From: an uncultured Gammaproteobacteria bacterium
Lineage (GTDB): Bacteria > Patescibacteriota > Patescibacteriia > UBA9934 > GWF2-40-263
DNA length: 64,000 bases
Direction of reading: 5' to 3'
NCBI GenBank assembly: GCA_964399675.1
Contig: CAYNRK010000002.1
Location: forward strand, 46,982-110,981
The position numbers were made by a program, and so were the translations under genes. Position 1 is the first letter of the stretch. Each line of letters begins with the position of its first letter. Below the pieces are notes generated by a model. The model had not been told where the DNA came from and did not search any database. It saw nothing but the letters and a program-made list of their open reading frames with translations. Shown in pieces: positions 21,154 through 30,254 of this stretch.

Positions 21154-22299
21154 ATGAGGATCATCGCCAACCTGTGCCTGCTGCTTGCCATCATGGCACC
21201 CAGCATCACCGCAGCGGAGACGCTGTCCGAAGCACTCGATCGCATGGAAGCCCAGGCCGAGATCGACCGAGAGCAGGTTCCGCTCTTTGCCATCACTGCC
21301 GAACGACTCAAGACGAACAGTGACGAGCTGTTCGGCATGCCAACGGACGTGATCAAAGCTGCCCGTCGTGTGGGTGGCTCGATGACGTTCGTCCGTGTGG
21401 GCGAATCATCGCTCAAGATCGAAGGCAAGAACGGCATTGTGACGTTTACCATGTATCTCTCGGTACAGAGCGCTCCGGACGCAAGAGGTAGTGTCCTTGC
21501 CTCAAACCGGGACAACCCGATCGAAAAGCTGATCGGCTGGGTGCACGGCATGCACACGAGCGGCATTGTCTTCGAGAAGAAGAAGGAAGGAACGGTCAAG
21601 GTCGTTCCCAACTTCATGACATGCAATGGCATCACCTTCGGCGGAAGGCTTCCCTACAACACAGAAGAGGCGTGCGAGCGTTTCGGGTTCGGAAGCCCCA
21701 GCAGGCTGCGGATCTGGAAGACGCCAGAAGATCGAAAAAGCGAGGACCAGTTCCTCATGTACCTGATGGCGCACTACGGAGAAAAAGGGGTGCTCACCCG
21801 GGCATCGCTCACCCAAGCGCTCGAAGCGCACAACGACCGCGTAAGCGCTGTCATCAAGGCCTCCGAGGAAAAGACCGGGTACGTCAGGTACAACCACTAC
21901 GCAGGCGACTACTCCACAGTGAAGGGGCACTTGCTCCGAGCCAATGTGCTCAGCAGGGCATACAGCATCCGGCCTGACGGACGTGTGGAGATCGCGGTTC
22001 ACGTGTACTCCGAACGCGTAGCAGGAGTCGAGGTGGAGCTGCAGTACGAAGACGGCAGCCCAGTTGCACCGACTACGATCGGCAACTTGGCCAAGGCAAC
22101 CATCGCACGTTCCAACCTGGTTCCCTCAGAGACAGGTCTGAGCGGCTTCGAAATCATCAAGGTTCAGCTTCCGTCAGGGCTCAAACCCGGAAAGCTCCGC
22201 ATCATGGCAAATGCCGTGGGCAACGATGGCAGAAGGCTCGTCCGAGACGAAGAGATCGGAACGTTCGAGTACGCAGTCAAGAGCCCCGACAAGAAGTAA
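21154..22299 (+). CDS. secreted hypothetical protein (signal peptide)
   Basis: N-terminus reads MRIIANLCLLLAIMAPSITAAE. It lies in GC-rich island 1. Confidence 0.5.
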   Translation: MRIIANLCLLLAIMAPSITAAETLSEALDRMEAQAEIDREQVPLFAITAERLKTNSDELFGMPTDVIKAARRVGGSMTFVRVGESSLKIEGKNGIVTFTMYLSVQSAPDARGSVLASNRDNPIEKLIGWVHGMHTSGIVFEKKKEGTVKVVPNFMTCNGITFGGRLPYNTEEACERFGFGSPSRLRIWKTPEDRKSEDQFLMYLMAHYGEKGVLTRASLTQALEAHNDRVSAVIKASEEKTGYVRYNHYAGDYSTVKGHLLRANVLSRAYSIRPDGRVEIAVHVYSERVAGVEVELQYEDGSPVAPTTIGNLAKATIARSNLVPSETGLSGFEIIKVQLPSGLKPGKLRIMANAVGNDGRRLVRDEEIGTFEYAVKSPDKK

Positions 22300-22319
22300 C
22301 CGACCACCGCATTCGTGCA

Positions 22320-22465
22320 ACACTCTCACTCAGGGCGTGGTCCCAAAACCCACGCCCCGTTTCCTTGTGAACATGAGCAAGTCTCGTGTACACAAGAAAG
22401 CGTGCAAACGCTTACCTAATCTCAACCAGCTCGTGATCCGTTGCGAGCAGTTCTAAGAGGACAAG
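22320..22465 (+). promoter_or_regulatory. conserved inter-cassette module, copy 3 (leader type B)
   Basis: Same hairpin and operator/promoter. The leader carries a gctcgtgatccgttgcgagc hairpin. Confidence 0.55.
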
Positions 22466-23119
22466 ATGACAAGAACACTCGCGTTCCTGTTGCTTGCAAC
22501 AATCGTTCTGCAAGGATGTGCCTGGCAGCTCTTTCCAAGGTCAGACTCGATCCCCAAGATCGTGACCGAAGAAGAAAACGATGAAGCACCCAAGCAGTGC
22601 TACACTGGCCTGATCATCATCACAAAAGACAAGTCTGCAGTCGAGGTTAGAGGCTGTCCTGACGAGTGGGCAATCTTCCGCCCAGTCAACAATCTTGGAC
22701 TGATCAATCATCCGGTGAACATCTCCTATTCCAAGGAAAGACACCCAACACCGAACATGATCATCGCAAGTGCGGATGATTACGGACGGTTTCATCTGCC
22801 AGCCCAAGAGGGGCAGCCCGCAAGATACATCAAGTTCGTGAACAGCTACCCAAGGCTTCACTGGACTGACCCAAAGTTGGGTGAGCAGCAAAGTGACCTC
22901 TACCCTGTCTACATTCTCAAGCGAGCCATTGCAAGACATCTGGATCCGGCGATCTTTGTCGATCCGGTCAATGGATGGCCACCTCTCGAAGAGCTGACCC
23001 ACGACTGTGGTGAATTCTTCTGCGGTCGTGCGTATCACCTGCTGCCTCCAGAAGAGCAAGCAAAGCGCTGGCTGGACATTCCGGACATGTTCAAGAGCGA
23101 CTATGGACGACTGTGGTAG
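22466..23119 (+). CDS. lipoprotein, paralog family A member 3
   Basis: Lipobox LQGCAW, the CYTGLIII...RGCP motif, and a C-terminal CGRAYHLL. Confidence 0.6.
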   Translation: MTRTLAFLLLATIVLQGCAWQLFPRSDSIPKIVTEEENDEAPKQCYTGLIIITKDKSAVEVRGCPDEWAIFRPVNNLGLINHPVNISYSKERHPTPNMIIASADDYGRFHLPAQEGQPARYIKFVNSYPRLHWTDPKLGEQQSDLYPVYILKRAIARHLDPAIFVDPVNGWPPLEELTHDCGEFFCGRAYHLLPPEEQAKRWLDIPDMFKSDYGRLW

Positions 23120-23139
23120 TATTCACAAATCGTTCGCCT

Positions 23140-23284
23140 CAGGGCGTTGGTTCTCACGAACCTTCGCCCTCCGTTTCCTTGTGAACATGCGCAAGTCTCG
23201 TGTTCAAAAGAAAGCGTCTTCATTACGAAGTTCGCTACATCTCGTAACGTCTGCGTTGGAACGTGGGCAAAAACCAGGAGCAGC
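23140..23284 (+). promoter_or_regulatory. conserved inter-cassette module, copy 4 (leader type A)
   Basis: Same module. Confidence 0.55.
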
Positions 23285-23890
23285 ATGAATAGGATCTGTA
23301 CGCTCTTGATCGTCTTGATGGCAATCGTGGCATGTGAAGCATGTGCCAGTACCAATGCCGAGCCAAAGCCGAGTGGCAGCGCAACCGCCACCGCCGAGAA
23401 GCCGTTCGATTACGCCACGCTGCCGGACCAAGCCGAGTGGACCTACTCGCTGGCAGCCGGCCTTCTCTGGACCGAACGGCAGAGAATCCAGTCTACGAAC
23501 ATGCCGGAGCCGGTCTGGAAAGCCTTTCCGCTTCCGGAGTTCGCAGGACAACAATCGCGCTTCGTACCCATGGTCAGGCCAAGCTACGGCGGCTCCTACG
23601 GCTATGGCATGGACTCGTCCAGGTGCGTGGTAGACGCCCTGATCAAGACCAACTCGATCAACGCTCGCGGTCTGGGTATCTCGGGCGGACAGTACGCCTA
23701 CTACCAGATCGTCAAGAAGATCGAGGATCCACTCCTCTACGATCCGCGCAACTTCGCCTTCCTGATCCGCTACCAGGAAGCCTACCTCAAGGTCACCTTC
23801 CCGAACCTTCACCAGATGAAGGTACAACGGTTGAAGGCTCCGACAGAGTTCAGCACAGGTCCATGCTCTCCCCCCATCAGCCAGTACTGA
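23285..23890 (+). CDS. lipoprotein (different family)
   Basis: Lipobox LMAIVAC. Confidence 0.5.
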   Translation: MNRICTLLIVLMAIVACEACASTNAEPKPSGSATATAEKPFDYATLPDQAEWTYSLAAGLLWTERQRIQSTNMPEPVWKAFPLPEFAGQQSRFVPMVRPSYGGSYGYGMDSSRCVVDALIKTNSINARGLGISGGQYAYYQIVKKIEDPLLYDPRNFAFLIRYQEAYLKVTFPNLHQMKVQRLKAPTEFSTGPCSPPISQY

Positions 23891-23914
23891 GCTGAACAAC
23901 GACACCCTCACTCA

Positions 23915-24050
23915 GGGCGCTCGTCCTCACAAACTAGCGCCCACGTTTCCTTGTGAACATGAGTAAGCTCGTGTTTAAAAGAAAGCGTGAAAACGCTTAC
24001 CACATCAACCAGCTCGTGATCCGTTGCGAGCAGTTCCAAAAAGGAAAACC
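23915..24050 (+). promoter_or_regulatory. conserved inter-cassette module, copy 5 (leader type B)
   Basis: Same module. Confidence 0.55.
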
Positions 24051-24416
24051 ATGAAGAACCAAACACTCTTCGTTGTCCTGCTGGGGATCCTGACACTTTC
24101 GCTTGCGATTTGCTGCGGAATCCTCGGTTACAAAAGCGTAACAATCGAGAGTCAGCAGGAAGAAATCACTGCTTGGCAAGAGGCAGTAGCACCGATCTTC
24201 ACGTACCGCAAGGGTGGAGACAAAAACACGGCTCGTTTCACACCAGCAATGGTCAAGAACGCGCTCAACCCTTGCCACTTCCGCCAGGATCTCGACGATG
24301 GAAGGCGTGTTCGTCTACGTGGATGCAACGAATTCCACAAACCAATCGGAAGAGTCCGGATCTCTGTGGAGTTCACCAATCCGGAGTTCAGAGAACTCAT
24401 CGAACACGGACCGTGA
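24051..24416 (+). CDS. small lipoprotein-like protein
   Basis: N-terminus LTLSLAICC and an LRGC motif. Confidence 0.45.
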   Translation: MKNQTLFVVLLGILTLSLAICCGILGYKSVTIESQQEEITAWQEAVAPIFTYRKGGDKNTARFTPAMVKNALNPCHFRQDLDDGRRVRLRGCNEFHKPIGRVRISVEFTNPEFRELIEHGP

Positions 24417-24427
24417 TCAACCAGGCC

Positions 24428-24462
24428 GAATTCACACTCTGGTGAATCTCGGCTTTTTCTTT
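24428..24462 (+). terminator. hairpin terminator at the 3' edge of island 1
   Basis: ccgaattcac...gtgaatctcgg followed by a T-run. Confidence 0.5.
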
Positions 24463-24595
24463 TTGGCAGAAAATTTGGAACCTAAAAAATAGGTACTCGC
24501 CTGCTTTTTACACAATCAAATTGATGTAAACTTCCCATATGGAAACTTTACATCAATCCTATAAAAGAAATCTTCAGAAGTTTAAGACAAAATTA

Positions 24596-25012
24596 CTAAC
24601 TTGTTTCAACTTCTTCTTTGATTTCTTTAATTGGACTTTTAACTTTTTTCATCCAATAAAAACCTGAAATTAAAATAAACTCAGCAAAACCAATCAGCAT
24701 TGGAATTGCAAAAAAGAATTCTGCATGTCCCACACCTTGAGGTTGTGTGAAAAACGGAACAGTGATAATTGCATCAAGAATAAGTCCCACTATCAACATC
24801 ACAATTCCAAGAAGAAACCCGTTGACTTTATTATTACTTTTATAGTAATAAGACGCACCAAATATCACTATTGGAATCAAAACTATGTAGTGAATTAGAT
24901 ACTGCCAGTCCCCAAGATCTTTGAGAACAGGTGCGAATATAATAATGGACCACTCTACAAAAATAAATGCCCACAGTAATGCACCGACCGAAATCGCTCT
25001 TAAAAGCTTCAT
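24596..25012 (-). CDS. hypothetical membrane protein
   Basis: 138 aa with four hydrophobic helices. Confidence 0.4.
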   Translation of the reverse strand: MKLLRAISVGALLWAFIFVEWSIIIFAPVLKDLGDWQYLIHYIVLIPIVIFGASYYYKSNNKVNGFLLGIVMLIVGLILDAIITVPFFTQPQGVGHAEFFFAIPMLIGFAEFILISGFYWMKKVKSPIKEIKEEVETS

Positions 25013-25033
25013 AAATGTTTTGTTAATTTCTAA

Positions 25034-25225
25034 TTATAAAATATGTTGGACTCGACCGACTTCGCCAGTATCCAGTCTAACTTTAATACCTCGAGGATGC
25101 TCAGCCTTGCTTGTTAAAATGTCTTCAACAAAACCCTGAGTCAACTTCCCTGTTGGCTGATCTTTCTTTAAAACAATAGCAACGTACACCCCCTTTTGAA
25201 TATTTTTTCTAACTGTTCCTAGCAT
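25034..25225 (-). CDS. YwbE/DUF2196-like small protein
   Basis: The sequence KLTQGFVEDILTS..HPRGIKVRL.TGEVGRVQHI matches my memory of the YwbE family. Confidence 0.5.
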   Translation of the reverse strand: MLGTVRKNIQKGVYVAIVLKKDQPTGKLTQGFVEDILTSKAEHPRGIKVRLDTGEVGRVQHIL

Positions 25226-25234
25226 AGATAAACA

Positions 25235-26200
25235 CTATACCAAATTTTTCGCATTAAAAATCTTTTTGTCAATCAAGTTTGAAATATCCTGATGATCCTC
25301 ATTAAGAACCGTAAGCATTAGTGGTTCTTCAACCCCAATTGCATAAGCAACGCTTAGCAAACACTCGCGAGCATTGCCAGACTTAATAATCTCAACAGCA
25401 ACTTTGCGAGCAGCCATTGCAGCTGAATGATCCACTTTGGTTAAATCTTTGCCATGGCTAGATCCTCCACCATGCGGAATTAAACCTCCATACGTATCAC
25501 AGGAAAGTTTGCGACCGGTAAGTCCGGTGTCAGCGACAAATCCACCAATACTCCATAAGCCTGCAGGATTAATAAGTATACGAGGATTGTTACCGTCTTC
25601 AGCAAGTTCAGGCAATATTATATTTTTATGTACAAACTTGCGTACTGTTTGAAGTGACATGCCTTCCTCATGTTGTGTGCTCAAAAGAACAGTGTCTACA
25701 TTTCCGTTACGAATCGTAACTTGAACTTTGCCATCAGGAAGAAGCCATGGAATCTCTCCTGACTCGCGCGCATTTTCAAGTCTGGCAATAATGCGACGCG
25801 TTAGAGCAATGCCAAGCGGAAAAAACTCAGGCGTTTCATCACATGCAAAACCATACATAATCCCCTGATCTCCTGCACCACCTTTATCAACCGCGCCTGC
25901 AATCTCTGTTGACTGAGTATTGATTCGCACATCAATCTTTACATGATTGTGATAATCAAGATCCTGGAGAATTGAGTGAGCAATGTTACGAATGTCACAA
26001 GAACTTAAACTCAGCTTTGCAGTCACTTCTCCGCCAATAATCATGTATCCGGAAGTTGCAAACACCTCAATTGCAACTCGGGCCAATGGGTCTGTTTGTT
26101 GGTAAGCATAAAGAATTGCGTCAGCAATGCGATCGCAAACGCGATCAGGATGTCCTTTTGTAACGTCTTCGACAGTGTATGTGTTTGGAATATACGACAT
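25235..26200 (-). CDS. metK: S-adenosylmethionine synthetase
   Basis: VTKGHPDRVCDRIADAIL and GAGDQG motifs. The start was chosen at MSYIP. Confidence 0.85.
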   Translation of the reverse strand: MSYIPNTYTVEDVTKGHPDRVCDRIADAILYAYQQTDPLARVAIEVFATSGYMIIGGEVTAKLSLSSCDIRNIAHSILQDLDYHNHVKIDVRINTQSTEIAGAVDKGGAGDQGIMYGFACDETPEFFPLGIALTRRIIARLENARESGEIPWLLPDGKVQVTIRNGNVDTVLLSTQHEEGMSLQTVRKFVHKNIILPELAEDGNNPRILINPAGLWSIGGFVADTGLTGRKLSCDTYGGLIPHGGGSSHGKDLTKVDHSAAMAARKVAVEIIKSGNARECLLSVAYAIGVEEPLMLTVLNEDHQDISNLIDKKIFNAKNLV

Positions 26201-26495
26201 AAAAAAACACTTCTTCCAAATGGAAAGAAGTTTCTTAATAATTATCTTTCCCTTCTTGGGGTGAACTTGGCACCTTCTTCGCAAGACAGGCCTGTCCTGA
26301 GCTTGCCGAGCTCAGCTCGGTTAGTCGAGCTGAGCTCGATCGAAGGGTTGCCGGTGGGTCATCGGGTCACATCCCCGGTTCTCGCAAAATGCTTTGAACC
26401 GTCCCCCCGTAGCTTTACGCGAAGGGGGATCACCACACTCTTGATAAATATTCAATTGTAAAATGACTGTATCACCAATTAATCAAAAATACCAA

Positions 26496-27476
26496 CTACA
26501 ACCTTATCTCTTTTTCCAACCAAGGAATATGTTCATTCTTTCTTTTCCACCACAAATCTTCCCAAATATAATGAACTGCAAGTTGTTTATATTCTCCAAA
26601 TCGTTCAAAGTGTTTCAAAATCTTTTCAACCGGCACTGGATTGTCAGTGCTTTTGTTGAAAAATAATTTTGAGTAAATCTTTTGTTCCCATGGAGACACA
26701 TGATTAAAAAAATCAAAGTGATGAAAAACATCAAACAGAATGTACCAAACAGTTGCAGGGCCTACGCCATAGAGTTTTAGCAAAGTACCCATTTGTGTTT
26801 CTCTATCTTGTTTATGCAATTCCCTTTCGTTAATGAGCTTATCTGCAAACTGTTCATCTAACTTTTTGATTGACTTTGCACGATAACCAACTTTTAATGC
26901 ACGCAAATCGTCCTCGCTAACTTTATTCAAACCGCCTTCATTCCAAAAACACAACAACTTTTTTCCGTCAAATTCCAAAACTGAACCGTAATTCTCAAGC
27001 AAAGTTTGAAACATTTGCACACTTCTACGCACTGTTGCGTTTTGCAAAACAATTCCAATAATTAAATATTCATACAAAGAACTTGGATGACCCGGACGCA
27101 TCCCTTGCCACTTTTTAATTATCGGACCAAGAATTTTGTCGTTTTTAAATTTTTTATAAAAAGGTTTGAGATCCAAATCAAAGTTATATAGATACCTAAT
27201 TTCATCAACCAGCGAATTGACGAATTCTTTTGAAAGCTTCTTTTTTGCGTAAATTTTCATCTCAACAAGTGGATTTGAAACAGTTCCACGATTTCTAAAT
27301 TTAATTCCCAACTTTTCTTTTTGCCAATTCCAAGTCTGCCAACGAATTCCCGGCTCCCACAAATTATCACCGGATGTAAAGTGATCTGGTTTGTGAAAAG
27401 TGGAATCAAAATCAAAAGGCTTAGCTGGTTTAACAGAAGTCGTCTTTTGCAATTTTAATTTTATAGATTTTTTCAT
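26496..27476 (-). CDS. HhH-GPD superfamily DNA glycosylase-like protein (AlkA/Ogg-like), tentative
   Basis: A helix-hairpin-helix-like LYGVGPATVWYILF segment near the C-terminus. Confidence 0.4.
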   Translation of the reverse strand: MKKSIKLKLQKTTSVKPAKPFDFDSTFHKPDHFTSGDNLWEPGIRWQTWNWQKEKLGIKFRNRGTVSNPLVEMKIYAKKKLSKEFVNSLVDEIRYLYNFDLDLKPFYKKFKNDKILGPIIKKWQGMRPGHPSSLYEYLIIGIVLQNATVRRSVQMFQTLLENYGSVLEFDGKKLLCFWNEGGLNKVSEDDLRALKVGYRAKSIKKLDEQFADKLINERELHKQDRETQMGTLLKLYGVGPATVWYILFDVFHHFDFFNHVSPWEQKIYSKLFFNKSTDNPVPVEKILKHFERFGEYKQLAVHYIWEDLWWKRKNEHIPWLEKEIRL

Positions 27477-27497
27477 TTTGAATAGTTGTCTAAAAAT

Positions 27498-27974
27498 TTA
27501 CCCAGCGATCATCTCCTGTTTAATTAGCTCGATTTTTTTCTGATCTTGCGCGCCTTTTTTTTGCGCGCGAGAACTGTCTTCACTCATCTTTTCATAAAAC
27601 GAAAGATATTGACGCAATGTTAAAACACGAAACCTTGCACCTTGTTCAGTCTGGACTTTTAATTCCTTAGCACTTGCGTTAATAAGATTTTCCAAAACAT
27701 CTTCACTTTCAAAACTAACCTTATGTTCGCCGTTTGAAAATTCATGCTTTAACTCGTTTGTTAATTTAAATCCCTGTTCTTCCATAAACTTTTGAAAATT
27801 CCCCCACTGCTCAGAAAACAGAGACAAAGGAACAAGCATGTCAATGTCATCAACCTCTTTGTCCAAACCAATGAGTGTGTAAAGACCAAACGAACCGTAA
27901 AGAGTCGGTTCCACAGAAAACCGCTCATTCAACCCTTTGGCAATTGTGAGAAAAAGTTTGTATTTATTTTGCAC
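27498..27974 (-). CDS. nucleotidyltransferase-fold protein
   Basis: GS...D.D motif (LYGSFGLYTLIGLDKEVDDIDMLV). Confidence 0.5.
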   Translation of the reverse strand: MQNKYKLFLTIAKGLNERFSVEPTLYGSFGLYTLIGLDKEVDDIDMLVPLSLFSEQWGNFQKFMEEQGFKLTNELKHEFSNGEHKVSFESEDVLENLINASAKELKVQTEQGARFRVLTLRQYLSFYEKMSEDSSRAQKKGAQDQKKIELIKQEMIAG

Positions 27975-27980
27975 AACTCT

Positions 27981-28628
27981 TTAATCTTTGAATTTCTCAC
28001 GCATTTTATTAATTAACTCAGCGTGGAACTCCTTAAAGAAAACACTCCATTGCATGTATGGAGATTTGAACTTTTCAATTATACCAACTATTTCATAAGC
28101 CTCCATGTTGGCAAAGTGCTTGAGACGAACAATGGTGGCGTTTTTGTCAGTTAAGAGGTCGTAGATATCCGGACCAATCTTATCAATGCTTTTGGCGAAT
28201 TTCGCTTCATTGGTTTTCTGCGCCTTAAATTCCTGATATGCGGCATGGTGTTTTTCGTTTAATAACTTTAATGCTTCTTGTTCTTCAAGCTTCTCTTTTT
28301 CACTATTTTTTAAAAATGTAATTTCGTCGCCGATCGCAATTTCTCCAATATCATGAACAGCAAGCATCTCAAGTGCTTTACCAAGATTCACTGGTTCGGT
28401 TATGTATCCATGAAAAAAGACGGCAAGGATCGGTAGCGTGCCAACATGCTCGATAAGACTTTCCCTGATTATTATATTTTCGGGATCAAATTTAAAATTC
28501 GGATTGATCTGCTTTTGAATGTCATAACGAAAAGGCTGTGTGCTTGCCCGAAATTCGTTTGTATAATTTTTCAACAGTGACTCGATTTCTGAAAAAATTT
28601 CATCAAATGATTTTTGCATACTTATCAT
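27981..28628 (-). CDS. HD-domain phosphohydrolase (YfbR-like)
   Basis: H...HD...D motifs (HVGTLP..., AVHDIGEIAIGD). Confidence 0.65.
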   Translation of the reverse strand: MISMQKSFDEIFSEIESLLKNYTNEFRASTQPFRYDIQKQINPNFKFDPENIIIRESLIEHVGTLPILAVFFHGYITEPVNLGKALEMLAVHDIGEIAIGDEITFLKNSEKEKLEEQEALKLLNEKHHAAYQEFKAQKTNEAKFAKSIDKIGPDIYDLLTDKNATIVRLKHFANMEAYEIVGIIEKFKSPYMQWSVFFKEFHAELINKMREKFKD

Positions 28629-28630
28629 TC

Positions 28631-28664
28631 AGACTATTTTCCGCCGATCGGCGTAAAATAGTCT
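28631..28664. promoter_or_regulatory. 34-bp CGATCG-centred palindrome, putative operator, 3 nt upstream of the HD gene start
   Basis: agactattttccgccgatcggcgtaaaatagtct, the same palindrome family as at 40504 and 41061. Confidence 0.5.
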
Positions 28665-28815
28665 GAGGTTCTATTCATTCACCTTAAACATTCAATTAAA
28701 ATCTTTTTACTACATAGCTCTTGATAAAAAACCGCTAACATAGTAAGCTTGCCTGCCCTGTATTTAGGGGTACGTTCACAACATTCATCTCTCCCTTGGA
28801 GAGAAAGGGTAAGCC

Positions 28816-29160
28816 GTGAGCAAACATCGGTACACCGGTTTGGTGCTCAGCACAGAAGGTAACGATACTGAGGACACCTTCTTTGACATGATGATCGCTG
28901 GCGAGACTTTCCGTTTCGTACCAACGATCGACGAAGAGATGGTGGAGGACGAGCAGGTGCTGGCGCGCATCATCAGCGTGCAGGCTCACGCGTCGAAGAT
29001 AGCACTCCTCGTCACACTCAAGACCGTGGAGGTCGATGGGGAACGGATGCCTGCTGGTATATGGATTCTTGTCTTCGAGGGCGGGCTCGTTTGCGACAGG
29101 ATTCCGGAACGACCGACCGACCCAGACGACATTCGGTTGTGGATCGGGAAGATCGACTAG
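28816..29160 (+). CDS. hypothetical acidic protein (GC-rich island 2), GTG start
   Basis: GC-rich ORF. It is followed by a partial copy of the island-1 module hairpin at 29165-29215. Confidence 0.4.
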   Translation: MSKHRYTGLVLSTEGNDTEDTFFDMMIAGETFRFVPTIDEEMVEDEQVLARIISVQAHASKIALLVTLKTVEVDGERMPAGIWILVFEGGLVCDRIPERPTDPDDIRLWIGKID

Positions 29161-29164
29161 TAGC

Positions 29165-29215
29165 GCGCCGAACGACTCACTCAGGGTGTTGGTTCTCTTG
29201 AACCGCGCCCTGCTT
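29165..29215 (+). repeat. orphan partial copy of the island-1 inter-cassette module (hairpin part)
   Basis: ctcactcagggtgttggttctcttgaaccgcgccct, compared with cagggcgttggttctcacgaaccttcgccct at 23140. Confidence 0.6.
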
Positions 29216-29246
29216 TCTTTTACATACTATTACAACATTGAACATT

Positions 29247-30089
29247 TTATTCTAATTTCTTTTTTTCTTCCCCTCCGTCTAAATAATTCTCATCGCTCAC
29301 AACACTCTCCCCCGTAGCTTCTTCAAGCTGCTGCCTGGCACTCTTTGCAATACCGCCACCTTTTTTAGCAGATTGTGCATTTTCATTATAACCATGAGAC
29401 TCATCTTTCTTAGCAATCTTTGTAGTTGACAATTCCGCTAGTGCTGTAAAAATCAATTCAGCTTCTGTCATGGCATCGCGCAAATTTTCTTTATCAAGAT
29501 CTTTCAAATCCTTATGCTGGCCAGTAGTCAAACCGCTCCATTCTTTATGAATGATATTTGTTAACTTTGCATATTCCAAACCTTTTTGAACTCCACTCTC
29601 CTGCCAATAATCAGTCAGCTTATTTCTAATTTCCTGCCCACGCATTCTTTGCTCAATCCATTTTTCAGGCGCACCCATTTTCTTCCAATTCTCCCTAGCT
29701 CTATTTACTGCTATTTCAGGATTAACTATTTCTTGCAATCTCTCATGCCCAACCTTAGCCAACCAAAGTTTAAATGGCTCTGCCTTCTTTGATGGAATTG
29801 ACTGTACTAGACGAAAAATGTCTTCTACATTACCCACATCAAATTCCCTCATTTTTCCATCTTTTGCCTTCATTTTCAAAGTGTGACAATTTGTCACGGT
29901 TTGATTTCCTTCTTTAATTAATCTTTCTTTTAACTTCCGCCAGTAAGCTCCCGGCGAACTGCTTTGTGTTAATACAGCAACAATATCAACAATGGCAAAA
30001 TACCATTTTTCTTCTTTTTCTATCCATTTCCTACGTACAGGAAAATCTTCGAATAGAATGATCGTCTTATTCGAATTTTGATCTGACAT
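29247..30089 (-). CDS. Bro-N domain protein (phage antirepressor/DinD-like)
   Basis: N-terminal ...LFEDFPVRRKWIEKEEKWYFAIVDIVAVL... fits the Bro-N pattern. AT-rich composition. Confidence 0.55.
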   Translation of the reverse strand: MSDQNSNKTIILFEDFPVRRKWIEKEEKWYFAIVDIVAVLTQSSSPGAYWRKLKERLIKEGNQTVTNCHTLKMKAKDGKMREFDVGNVEDIFRLVQSIPSKKAEPFKLWLAKVGHERLQEIVNPEIAVNRARENWKKMGAPEKWIEQRMRGQEIRNKLTDYWQESGVQKGLEYAKLTNIIHKEWSGLTTGQHKDLKDLDKENLRDAMTEAELIFTALAELSTTKIAKKDESHGYNENAQSAKKGGGIAKSARQQLEEATGESVVSDENYLDGGEEKKKLE

Positions 30090-30254
30090 AAATCTTAATT
30101 TTTTCTAACAAAACCCAGCCTTAAGAGCTGGGATCGTGATAAAAGTTTATCGATTTTCTGGTGCATGGTCAAGCAAAAATTACTTTACAAAAAAACACCA
30201 ATAATTTGATGCTCTTTTGGAAACAAGCGAATGGGAAGGGAGAACTACCATTCG

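Noticed and set aside
19490-24480. Integron cassette array with attC sites
   Set aside because: The inter-gene elements are sequence-conserved and contain promoters, unlike promoterless cassettes with structurally but not sequence-conserved attC. No intI was found nearby.
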